A stretch of 17,053 nt of DNA from Methanobacterium sp. GTDB lineage: Archaea > Methanobacteriota > Methanobacteria > Methanobacteriales > Methanobacteriaceae. The stretch spans positions 5,729 through 22,781 of the forward strand of contig PMWA01000014.1 in NCBI GenBank assembly GCA_003166335.1, in the 5' to 3' direction. The notes under the pieces are model-generated. The model saw only the letters and a list, made by a program, of their open reading frames with translations. It did not search any database and was not told the origin of the DNA. Positions 1 to 10,633 of the stretch are shown here, piece after piece. Made by a program: the position numbers and the translations under genes. How positions within the stretch are numbered: position 1 is the stretch's first letter; each line of letters starts with the position of its first letter.

Positions 1-938
1 TGAGTGTTCTACATGGGATTGCGACTTCCCTATTCTGGCCACTGACTTTGGGTTCTGATGAGACTAAAGCAGTAATATTATTGGTTGTAATGGGAAGTTT
101 TTTAGTGTTTAATTCTTTGATTACCTCGGGTAGGTTTAAGGGTAGATTTGCGTCTTTAGATTTTAGTGGTAGTAAAAAATATTTGAAGTATGCTGTTATT
201 TTAGTTTTATTCACTCTGATTGTTGGTCAAATTTGTGAAGTATTGTTGAGATTGGAGTTTGGTGTGCCGATTTTCTCGGTATTTGTATCGGTTAATCCTA
301 GTATAACTTCAAGCAGCATTATTCATAGTCATGTTTTTAAATCAGTTTTAGGATATATGGTGACTCAAGTATTTGGCGTGGCGATTCCCTCTTATATCGG
401 CACTGGTGAATCCTTGTTTAAATATATTTCACCCTTGAAATATGTGGTCATTGTTACGTGGCCTTTAATTTATGTGACATGTTTAATTTCCATGGATAAA
501 AGGATGGATTTGTATAAACTTATAATAGCCTTTGCAGGTACTCTCGCTTTAATTGGGATACTTGATGGTGGTTTATTTTCAAATCCTGCGATTATTGGAT
601 TTGCTGGTTTAATAGGCATGTACTTTATAGAGAAGCTTTTTTCACCGCGTAATTTAATAAAGCCAACCTTAATTGTGCTTATAATTATACTGGTAGGAGT
701 GGGGTTGGAGATTGGGGGTAGTAATCCTGATTATCATCAAATAACAGTTATTCACCCAACCCAACCAGTTGATTTAAACGGGTATGATGTTTTAAGCATA
801 AAAAATTATGATAATGAAAGTATAATAGATATTAAAACCACTACTAATGATAAAGAAACTTTATTAAATCTTTATCATACATTTAAAGGTAAAGCAGATG
901 GATTCTTTATGACATGGAATTTTTATTCATACTTTTAA
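1..938 (+). CDS. Conserved hypothetical multi-pass membrane protein, 5'-truncated by the window edge
   Basis: The frame is open from position 3 (SVLHGIATSLFWPLTLGSDETK...), so the TTG at 48 is not the real start. About 7 hydrophobic segments are followed by a ~70 aa hydrophilic C-terminal domain; TAA stop at 936-938. Confidence 0.8.
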   Translation, partial: SVLHGIATSLFWPLTLGSDETKAVILLVVMGSFLVFNSLITSGRFKGRFASLDFSGSKKYLKYAVILVLFTLIVGQICEVLLRLEFGVPIFSVFVSVNPSITSSSIIHSHVFKSVLGYMVTQVFGVAIPSYIGTGESLFKYISPLKYVVIVTWPLIYVTCLISMDKRMDLYKLIIAFAGTLALIGILDGGLFSNPAIIGFAGLIGMYFIEKLFSPRNLIKPTLIVLIIILVGVGLEIGGSNPDYHQITVIHPTQPVDLNGYDVLSIKNYDNESIIDIKTTTNDKETLLNLYHTFKGKADGFFMTWNFYSYF

Positions 939-1024
939 CAGCATTAAATTTATTTATCCTGAAGGGTAAATCTGAAAAATAATCATAATATAGAATGAAG
1001 GAAAATAATTTGATGAGAAAACCC

Positions 1025-2776
1025 ATGAAGCTTAGTATTATAATACCTACATATAACGAGGAAAAATATCTTCCCCAACTACTTGAAAGTATTCATAGGC
1101 AGAATTTCGATAACTATGAAGTTATAGTGGCTGATGCAGGGTCAAAGGACAGTACTCGAGATATTGCAAAAAAATATGGATGTAAAATTGTAAAAGGTGG
1201 TATACCTTCTGTTGGCAGGAATAGAGGTGCAGAAGTGGCCCAGGGGGAGTTTTTGCTTTTTTTAGATTCTGATGTAATTTTGACTGATGGATACATTAAG
1301 AATGCTTTGGAAGAGTTTGAAGAATATGAATTAGGTATTGCCATTACTCAAATAGCTCCTTTAAGTGATAAAACGTTTGATAAACTAACTCATGATTTTG
1401 CCAATTTTTTCATGAGAAATGTGGAATCAATTAAACCTCATGGCGCCGGATGTTATGGGATACTCACCAGAAAAACCCTTCATGAAGAAGTTGATGGATT
1501 TGATGAAAATCTGGACTTTGGGGAGGATACTGATTATATCGAGAAAATTGCATCTATAAGTTCTTTTAAGGTTTTAAGAACTCCACGGCTTTTTGTTTCT
1601 ACCCGAAGAATTGATGAAGAAGGTAGGAAAAATCTGGCAATTAAATATGCTAAAAGTACTTTATATCATTTCACTGGTAGAAAGATAAGTGCTGATGAAT
1701 TGAATTATAATTTTGGTCATTGTGAGAATAAGAGAATTTTGTATGGTGTTTGTGGGGAGGGAATGGGTCATGCTATACGTAGTGCTGTTGTTATAGAACA
1801 TTTACTTAAAAAAAATGATGTCGTAATATTTGCAAGTGATCGGGCTTATCAGTATCTTTCTGATAAATTTGATGATGTATATGAGATTGAAGGTTTTAAT
1901 ACGGTTTATGAGTTCAATCAAGTGAATAATACTAAAACATTTATAAATAATATTAAAGATCTTCCCCTGGACTTGGGATATAACCTGCGTTTAATGTACA
2001 GTGTGGCGAAAGCATCCAAACCTCAACTCATTATATCAGATTTTGAATTCTACTCTAATATTTTAAGCAAAATATTAAGGATACCCTTGATAAGTTTGGA
2101 TAACATGCATGTGATGACGCAATGTGAAATTGAAGTGTTTAATGAATATTTAAGTGACCGGATCAGGGCTAAGGGGGTAGTCCGATCATTTATCCAAAGA
2201 CCGAATAAATATTTAATCACTAGTTTTTACTTCCCTCCAGTGAAAAATCCAAATAAAGTGAAAATGTTTCCACCCATTCTACGGGATAATGTTTTAAAAC
2301 TTAAGCCTGTTGAAGGAAATCATATACTGGTTTATCAGACTACGGACTCAAATTTCGAGCTTTTAAAGCTTTTAAAAGAATTTGATGATGAATTTATAAT
2401 TTATGGATTTCATAAGAATAAGAGAGACGCTAACTTGTTATTTAAAGATTTTAATGAGGATGAATTTTTTGAAGATCTGGCTTCTGCTCGTGCAGTTATA
2501 ACTAATGGTGGATTCACTTTAATATCTGAAGCTTTATACCTGGAAAAACCTATTTTAAGCATCCCGGTTAAGAAGCAGTTTGAACAGATACTTAATGCTA
2601 TTTATCTGAGAAGATTGGAATATGGAGAGTTCCATGAGGATCCTGATAAGAATGATATTAAAGAATTTCTAGAAAGACTTGATTTTTATCGAAATAATAT
2701 AAAAACTAGGTTTAAACATGATGAAAATCAGTCGATATTCCAAGAGTTGGATGAGATACTTAGTAATATCTGTTAA
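1025..2776 (+). CDS. Two-domain glycosyltransferase: N-terminal GT2 (GT-A fold) fused to an MJ1255-like GT-B domain (GT1/GT28-related)
   Basis: GT2 motifs: MKLSIIIPTYNEE, VADAGSKD, RNRGA, FLDSD (DxD), GFDE, GED, STRR. GT-B motifs: ILYGVCGEGMGHAIRS, ISDFE, ITNGGFTLISEA, PVKKQFEQILNA. ATG 1025 is preferred because it matches the GT2 N-terminus; in-frame ATGs also lie at 995 and 1013. Confidence 0.88.
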   Translation: MKLSIIIPTYNEEKYLPQLLESIHRQNFDNYEVIVADAGSKDSTRDIAKKYGCKIVKGGIPSVGRNRGAEVAQGEFLLFLDSDVILTDGYIKNALEEFEEYELGIAITQIAPLSDKTFDKLTHDFANFFMRNVESIKPHGAGCYGILTRKTLHEEVDGFDENLDFGEDTDYIEKIASISSFKVLRTPRLFVSTRRIDEEGRKNLAIKYAKSTLYHFTGRKISADELNYNFGHCENKRILYGVCGEGMGHAIRSAVVIEHLLKKNDVVIFASDRAYQYLSDKFDDVYEIEGFNTVYEFNQVNNTKTFINNIKDLPLDLGYNLRLMYSVAKASKPQLIISDFEFYSNILSKILRIPLISLDNMHVMTQCEIEVFNEYLSDRIRAKGVVRSFIQRPNKYLITSFYFPPVKNPNKVKMFPPILRDNVLKLKPVEGNHILVYQTTDSNFELLKLLKEFDDEFIIYGFHKNKRDANLLFKDFNEDEFFEDLASARAVITNGGFTLISEALYLEKPILSIPVKKQFEQILNAIYLRRLEYGEFHEDPDKNDIKEFLERLDFYRNNIKTRFKHDENQSIFQELDEILSNIC

Positions 2777-2793
2777 AAAAAAGGGATATATTA

Positions 2794-2804
2794 TTTTTTT
2801 TTTT
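2794..2804 (+). terminator. Oligo-T (T11) archaeal terminator candidate
   Basis: T11 run 18 nt after the glycosyltransferase stop. Confidence 0.45.
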
Positions 2805-2816
2805 AATCTAAAATTT

Positions 2817-2822
2817 AGGTGG
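2817..2822 (+). promoter_or_regulatory. Ribosome-binding site (AGGTGG) for the DUF763 gene
   Basis: AGGTGG 10 nt upstream of ATG 2833, a typical methanogen Shine-Dalgarno sequence. Confidence 0.6.
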
Positions 2823-2832
2823 AAAATAGTAA

Positions 2833-3957
2833 ATGCAGTCTCGCAGAGGAGTTGTTAATCTTCCTTTACATGGGGGTCACGCTCCTAAATGGCTTTTTCA
2901 TAGGATGGTGAAATTAACTAAAGGCATAACAGAGGCTATACTCTATGAATATGGTTCTGACGAGTTTTTAAGACGTTTATCTGATCCTTATTGGTTTCAA
3001 GCATTATCATGTGTAATTGGATTTGATTGGCATTCTTCTGGAACTACTACAACTACTTGCGGGGCTTTGAAGATGGCTCTTAATCCAGAGGAACATGGAA
3101 TAATTGTGGCTGGTGGTAAAGGCCGTGCATCACGTAAGACTCCTGCAGATATTGAAAAAGCAGCTGATATTTTTTCGTTGTCAACCAATAAAATTGATGA
3201 TATGATTTATTCCAGTAAATTATCTGCTAAAATAGATAACTCATGTATACAGGATGGTTACAATCTTTATCATCATTCATTTCTTTTAAATGAAAAAGGT
3301 GAATGGGCTATTATCCAGCAAGGAATGAATGCGGAAACAAAATATGCCCGTAGATATCACTGGCTTTCGGAGAATGTTATGGAATTTGTTGAAGAGCCTC
3401 ATCAGGGAATTTGTTGCGATAGAGTTGAAAAAGAATCTTTGGATATGACTGCACAGAAAAGTGATGGTGCTCGCAGAATTAGTGTAGATCTCCTCTGCGA
3501 TAATCCGGAACACTTGAAGAAGTATTTCAAGGATAAGACTCCTTTAATCAGTGAATCTCAGAGTCAATTAGATGATTACTATCCTGAATTTAAAATGCCC
3601 AGACATCATCCCGTGTTGGATATGGATCTCTCAAACCGTGAATTTGAGGTATTAAAAAGAGCATGGGAATTACAGCCATCGGGTTATGAGGAACTGGTTT
3701 CGTTGGAGGGTATGGGTCCTAAGAAGATCAGAGCCTTAGCTTTAATATCTGATCTGGTTTATGGTTCAGAGCCGAGTTGGAAGGATCCAGTGAAGTACAG
3801 TTTCACTCATGGGGGAAAAGATGGTTATCCTTATCCTGTTGATCGTGAAGTTTATGATAATTCAATACAAACATTAAAAGATGTATTGATTGAAGCTAAA
3901 TTAGATAAAAAGGATAAATATAATGCTGTTAAACGATTGGAGAAATTAATTATTTAA
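2833..3957 (+). CDS. DUF763 domain-containing protein
   Basis: Family motifs LPLHGGHAPKWLF, RLSDPYWFQA, GFDWHSSGTTT, GGKG, KIDNSCIQDGYNLYHH, QQGMN..ARRYHW, HGGKDGYPYPV; 374 aa. Confidence 0.88.
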   Translation: MQSRRGVVNLPLHGGHAPKWLFHRMVKLTKGITEAILYEYGSDEFLRRLSDPYWFQALSCVIGFDWHSSGTTTTTCGALKMALNPEEHGIIVAGGKGRASRKTPADIEKAADIFSLSTNKIDDMIYSSKLSAKIDNSCIQDGYNLYHHSFLLNEKGEWAIIQQGMNAETKYARRYHWLSENVMEFVEEPHQGICCDRVEKESLDMTAQKSDGARRISVDLLCDNPEHLKKYFKDKTPLISESQSQLDDYYPEFKMPRHHPVLDMDLSNREFEVLKRAWELQPSGYEELVSLEGMGPKKIRALALISDLVYGSEPSWKDPVKYSFTHGGKDGYPYPVDREVYDNSIQTLKDVLIEAKLDKKDKYNAVKRLEKLII

Positions 3958-3979
3958 TAAAAATTATTTTTGGCACGAG

Positions 3980-5176
<1,197 letters not shown>

Positions 5177-5234
5177 TAAATAAATCCTCTCACATTCTTT
5201 AATTTATTCTTTAAATAATAATTCAGTTTTTATA

Positions 5235-5770
<536 letters not shown>

Positions 5771-5795
5771 AACTAATCATTTTTGATACAAAAAT

Positions 5796-6311
5796 TTATG
5801 AATAAAAAATGAATAAAAAAAAATTTTTTAAAGCTTTAGAAACCTTAATATCCTTTAAAAGCATTCCTTTTACATCTATCTCTCCTTTACGTATCCTTGT
5901 GGAGGATATGGGTTTACCATCTTCGGATAGAACCATTCTTATAGTTATTATATCCAGAGGTTTCAAACCACTCCTACCCCTCTCTTTATTTATTTGAAGA
6001 GCGGTGGGTTTAGTCTCTTCACTCACTACAATAGCCTCAATATCATCCGCGTTTACTGTAGGGCCGTATGGTTCGTCTAGACGAGCTATATAATATTTAC
6101 CATCAAATTTATTTAATATACTCTTTAATTTTGACATCCTAACGTTGCAAGGTTCAACATTACCCTTTGATCCTGCAAATTCATCGGAAGTAACTCCTAT
6201 CAAAACTTCCTGGCCAATCTCGAATGCTTTTTTTATAAGCTTTCGATGCCCTTCATGGAATCTATCAAAGGTGCCTCCTAAAGCAACCTTTCGGTACCTT
6301 TTCTCTTTCAT
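5796..6311 (-). CDS. coaD: Phosphopantetheine adenylyltransferase, archaeal/eukaryote-like type
   Basis: KVALGGTFDRFHEGH (HxGH nucleotidyltransferase motif), IGVTSDEF, L.EPYGP, AIVVSEET, IN.ER..GL.PL, ISSTRIRKGEID. Confidence 0.88.
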   Translation of the reverse strand: MKEKRYRKVALGGTFDRFHEGHRKLIKKAFEIGQEVLIGVTSDEFAGSKGNVEPCNVRMSKLKSILNKFDGKYYIARLDEPYGPTVNADDIEAIVVSEETKPTALQINKERGRSGLKPLDIITIRMVLSEDGKPISSTRIRKGEIDVKGMLLKDIKVSKALKNFFLFIFYS

Positions 6312-6368
6312 ATTTTTATTTCCTAGTCCATCAGATATCTTGATTATGTTCTAAGTTAAATTATAGTT

Positions 6369-7934
6369 ATGCTGCTGGAACATAATGTGGTTATCAAGGA
6401 TCTCCGCAAAGTGGATCTACGCTTTGCATCCTGCTATCCTAACCTTTACCGCAGCGCAATGTCATCACTTGGATTTCATATAATCTATGATTTTTTAAAT
6501 TCAAGGGAAGACGTTTACTGTGAAAGGATAGTTTACCCGTACTCTACTAGTCTTGAGTCAGGAACCACCCTTAAAGATTTTGATTTAGTTAGTTTTTCCC
6601 TGCAATATGAGCAGGACTATTTTAATGTATTGGAAATGCTTACTAATGGTGGTATTCCCATAAGAAGAAACGATCGTAGCGGAGATGATCCATTGGTAAT
6701 AGCTGGCGGGCCATGTGCTAGTTCCAATCCCCTGCCCATGAGTGATTTCATCGATTTGTTTATAGTGGGGGAAGCGGAGATGATTCTAGATCAAGTTTTG
6801 GATACTTATAAGGGCCTTGATGATCATAAAAAGGAGATCGACGCTTTCTTAGGTATTAAAGGAGTTTATGTTCCAGATAATCCCGTCAAAATGGTGGTAG
6901 TTAAAGATATGAAAAATGCATGGCATCCGATTAATCAAGTTTATCCAGAAACAAATGATAAAAAATTTATACCAGCATTTGGAAAAGCTTTTCTACTTGA
7001 AGTCTCACGGGGATGTTCTAGAGGATGTAGATTCTGCATGGCCGGTTGTATATATCGTCCCCGGCGAGAATTAAATCTTAAAAAAATTTTAGATAATGCA
7101 GAAAAGTCTCGGAAAGCCACAGGACTTAACAAGGTAGCTCTAATCGGGGCTGCTGTCTCAGATTACTCAAGAGTAGAAAAACTTTGTAAAAATCTATATG
7201 AAAGAGATTTTCAGATTACCACTCCTTCTTTAAGAATAGAATCTCTTTCAGAAGATCTTTTAAATATCTTAAGTAGCAGTGGTCTTCGAACCATTACCAT
7301 TGCACCTGAATCAACCTGGAGAGTTAGAAAAGTTGCAAACAAACCTATAACTGATGATGACATTTTAAACGCTGTTAATAAAGCTTTTATGCATAATTTA
7401 AATGTTAAACTCTATTTTATGATAGGTTTACCAGCTGAAACATGTAAAGACTTGGAAGATATTGTTCAACTTATAAAAGACCTGAAAAAATCATATTCAC
7501 AAGAAAATATCCTTAAGATAAGTGTGAATCCTTTCATACCTAAACCTCACACTCCCTTTCAATGGGAACATTTTGATTTCAACTCTTTAAAGGATAAAAT
7601 GCATTATCTTAATTCGAAACTTAAATCTAAATCCTTTAAAATGGAGAATCTTAAAGTTTCATTGATACAATATGTTTTATCTATGGGTGATTTTAAAGTA
7701 GGGGATTTGATAGAAAAAACTATTAAGAGAAGAATTCCGATAACTGATTGGAAAGATAATATGCCTCATTATAATCTTGATAATACGCTACCATGGAAAA
7801 ATATTGAAGTAGGAGTTAAAAAAGAATTTTTGAAGGAAGAATATCAGAAAGCTTGGGATGGTGAGCTCACTCCATGGTGTGAGACTTTTGGATGTTATCA
7901 GTGTGGAGCTTGTGAAAAAAAAATTTTAATTTAA
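6369..7934 (+). CDS. B12-binding-like/radical SAM protein (TIGR03960-like architecture), substrate unknown
   Basis: CxxxCxxC motif EVSRGCSRGCRFC; N-terminal YPNLY..AMSSLG, FSLQYEQDY and LVIAGGPCASSNP..DLFIVGEAE; TIAPE, KLYFMIGLP.E, FIPKPHTPFQW; C-terminal CETFGCYQCGAC. Confidence 0.88.
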   Translation: MLLEHNVVIKDLRKVDLRFASCYPNLYRSAMSSLGFHIIYDFLNSREDVYCERIVYPYSTSLESGTTLKDFDLVSFSLQYEQDYFNVLEMLTNGGIPIRRNDRSGDDPLVIAGGPCASSNPLPMSDFIDLFIVGEAEMILDQVLDTYKGLDDHKKEIDAFLGIKGVYVPDNPVKMVVVKDMKNAWHPINQVYPETNDKKFIPAFGKAFLLEVSRGCSRGCRFCMAGCIYRPRRELNLKKILDNAEKSRKATGLNKVALIGAAVSDYSRVEKLCKNLYERDFQITTPSLRIESLSEDLLNILSSSGLRTITIAPESTWRVRKVANKPITDDDILNAVNKAFMHNLNVKLYFMIGLPAETCKDLEDIVQLIKDLKKSYSQENILKISVNPFIPKPHTPFQWEHFDFNSLKDKMHYLNSKLKSKSFKMENLKVSLIQYVLSMGDFKVGDLIEKTIKRRIPITDWKDNMPHYNLDNTLPWKNIEVGVKKEFLKEEYQKAWDGELTPWCETFGCYQCGACEKKILI

Positions 7935-7981
7935 ATTTCTAATCTTAGATTTATTATTTCAATTTAGGATCATGATTTTTT

Positions 7982-9379
7982 TTAAATTCTCTTTATTAAT
8001 TTTCTAATCTGTCTAATGAAGTTAGCCAAAAATATCTCATCTAATCGAACTTGTTTTGAAAAGAAGTCTCTACCTAATATTATATCTCGTTTAACAGTCT
8101 TTATTTCAGTGCGTGGGGCGTATTTAATGTATATGGGTATTCCTAGAAGTATTAGGATGCTTCCAATAATGATCTGACTAATAGCGGTCTGAGCTATCAT
8201 ATAAATGCAAACTATAATCCCTAGAACAGGCACTATGCTGGGAAGTCTTATGCCGCCACTGAATTTCTTCCGTAGTGGAAATACGGAAATACAAGTGATT
8301 AAGTAACAGAATAGAATGGTGAAAACTGAGAGGATGATAAGCTGACTTATTGTGCCTAATATGGCAGCTATTAGGGTTATAGTATTTTGGATTATCAATG
8401 CAATGTAAGGAGTTCTGTATTTGGGATGTACTCTAGCGAAAAAGTGAGGTAATAGGCCATCACCAGCCATTGCATAAGGAATTCGAGCTGATGTTAAAAT
8501 TCCAGCCTCATCAGATCCTGATATTGAAAAAAGAGCACCCAACGCTAAAATAAGTGCGCCTACAGATCCTAATAATACATATCCTGCAAGAGCCAGTGGA
8601 GCTGTTGTATTAGAGAGAATCATCCAAGGTATAGTTCCTATAACTACGAAATTGGTAATCACATAGAAGAGGGTGATTATACCCATTCCTAGGCCTATAG
8701 CTAATGGAATTGTTTTTTTAGCATTAATAATCTCGTCAGTAGGGATGGTTACTAATTCGAATCCTATATAAGCCCAGAATATGAGTATCAATGCACTTCC
8801 CAATCCTCCGAATCCTAATGGTAGGAAAGGAGTATAGTTAGCAACAAGTAGTGAAGGTTTAATAATGAAATAAGCGATTCCTATGATGGTTAATAATATT
8901 ATTGGAGTAACTTTTATAATTGTTAATACATCATTAACCCTGCCTGCTTCTTTTACGCCAATATAGTTTATTATTGTAAGTAATAGGACGAATAACGCTT
9001 TAATTATTATTTGAATAATTTGAGGCATATGTGGGTAGAAATATGCAATATAAGCCACGAAAGCTAAGGGAAATACGGCTATACCACTCCATTCGGCAAT
9101 TATAAGAGACCATCCTACCAAGAATCCCCAAAAATCTCCAAAAGCTTCTTTAGCGTAGGCGTATGGGCCACCAACACGTGGAATAATAGATGAACATTCA
9201 GCGAAGCTTAAAGCTATAGTAATAGCCATTAATCCTGCTATGACCCAGGCGAGTATCGCTGCTGGTCCTAATAAGCCTGCTCCAAAGGCTGCTGCAATGT
9301 AGATGTCTGCACCTACTATGGCACCAATAACTAAATTCATTACATCGAAAAAACTAAGAGCTGCTTTTAACTCTGGCAT
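7982..9379 (-). CDS. APC-family amino acid permease
   Basis: About 12 TM segments; GAIVGADI (TM1), AEC..IIPRVGGPYAY, FWAYIGFE (TM6), SARIPYAMAGDGLLP..F.RVHPKYRTP. Confidence 0.92.
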   Translation of the reverse strand: MPELKAALSFFDVMNLVIGAIVGADIYIAAAFGAGLLGPAAILAWVIAGLMAITIALSFAECSSIIPRVGGPYAYAKEAFGDFWGFLVGWSLIIAEWSGIAVFPLAFVAYIAYFYPHMPQIIQIIIKALFVLLLTIINYIGVKEAGRVNDVLTIIKVTPIILLTIIGIAYFIIKPSLLVANYTPFLPLGFGGLGSALILIFWAYIGFELVTIPTDEIINAKKTIPLAIGLGMGIITLFYVITNFVVIGTIPWMILSNTTAPLALAGYVLLGSVGALILALGALFSISGSDEAGILTSARIPYAMAGDGLLPHFFARVHPKYRTPYIALIIQNTITLIAAILGTISQLIILSVFTILFCYLITCISVFPLRKKFSGGIRLPSIVPVLGIIVCIYMIAQTAISQIIIGSILILLGIPIYIKYAPRTEIKTVKRDIILGRDFFSKQVRLDEIFLANFIRQIRKLIKRI

Positions 9380-9414
9380 AATTTTTTTTATATTATAGAA
9401 GATAAAAATAGATA

Positions 9415-10539
9415 ATGGTAATTTTCATGGAGCCTTCAAGAAGAGTCAAACTAATAAATCTTTCAGGAATAAGGAAAATGTTCGAATTAGTTGGAGAGGA
9501 TTCAATTAACTTAGGGTTAGGAGAACCAGACTTCGACACTCCTTACCACATAATAGAAGCTGCAAAAAAAGCTTTAGATGAAGGATTTACTCATTACACT
9601 GTAAATAAAGGTATTATAGAACTTAGGGATGCTATATCAACTAAATTAGGTAAAGAAAATAGGATAACTGCCAATCCAGAATCCATAATTGTAACTGTAG
9701 GGGCAAGCGAAGCACTTCATCTGGCTCTTCAAGCATTAATAAATGAAGGAGATGAAGTATTAATCCCAGACCCTGGTTTCGTATCCTATGATGCATCAGT
9801 GAAATTAGCCGGTGGAGTATCAATTCCAGTAAGACTTAAAGAAGAGGATGGATTTAGAATGACTCCTGAAAGAGTTTTGGAGAAGATTACACCCAGAACC
9901 AGGGCCATAATATTAAATTCACCATCAAATCCCACGGGCAGTGTTATGAAAAAGAAAGATGTAAAAGTTATGGCTGAAATAGCTGATGATCTTGGCTTAG
10001 CCATAATATCTGATGAAATATATGAAAAAATAATTTATGATGAGAAACATTATAGTCCTGCCAGATTTTCTGAAAATGTTATTACCATAAACGGATTTTC
10101 TAAGTCCTATGCAATGACTGGATTTAGAATAGGATATGTTACATCTACTCCTAATTTAATCGAGGAAATGTTGAAGGTACACCAATATGTCACGGCTTGC
10201 GCCAGTTCCATATCACAGAAAGCTGCACTTGCTGCTCTGGAAGGTCCTCAGGATAGTATCAATATTATGGTAAATGAGTTTAGAAGAAGAAGAGATCTTA
10301 TCCTCCGTAGGTTAAGGAGTATGGGAATTAGCTGCGTAAAACCTCAGGGAGCATTTTACATTTTTCCTAAAATAAAATATCCCGAGAATTTCGTGGCAGA
10401 TGCACTAAAAAAAGGCGTAGTGCTAGTACCGGGAAGTGCATGTGGAATTTATGGACAGGATCATGTCCGATTATCATATGCCACATCTTATGAAAAAATA
10501 GAAGAAGCTATGGATAGATTAGAAAATATATACTCTTAA
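9415..10539 (+). CDS. PLP-dependent class I aminotransferase (AspC-like; possible MfnC methanofuran-pathway transaminase ortholog)
   Basis: NLGLGEPDF, HYT..KG..ELR, NSPSNPTG, SDEIY, PLP lysine in NGFSKSYAMTGFRIGY, GAFYIF, VRLSY. Alternative start ATG 9427. Confidence 0.9.
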   Translation: MVIFMEPSRRVKLINLSGIRKMFELVGEDSINLGLGEPDFDTPYHIIEAAKKALDEGFTHYTVNKGIIELRDAISTKLGKENRITANPESIIVTVGASEALHLALQALINEGDEVLIPDPGFVSYDASVKLAGGVSIPVRLKEEDGFRMTPERVLEKITPRTRAIILNSPSNPTGSVMKKKDVKVMAEIADDLGLAIISDEIYEKIIYDEKHYSPARFSENVITINGFSKSYAMTGFRIGYVTSTPNLIEEMLKVHQYVTACASSISQKAALAALEGPQDSINIMVNEFRRRRDLILRRLRSMGISCVKPQGAFYIFPKIKYPENFVADALKKGVVLVPGSACGIYGQDHVRLSYATSYEKIEEAMDRLENIYS

Positions 10540-10633
10540 TTCGATTAAAAGAATAAACATCGAAATATTCGATTTAGTTATTTGATTAAACTTTTCTAAA
10601 AACATTTTTATTTATTAATGGAGAATTTTTTTT

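Noticed and set aside
952..971. Small hairpin ATTTATCC-TGAA-GGGTAAAT after the first gene
   Set aside because: Weak stem with a G-T pair and no T-tract, so no function can be assigned.
9380..10633. NrpR operator (GGAA-N6-TTCC) near the permease and aminotransferase promoters
   Set aside because: No match seen in either intergenic region.
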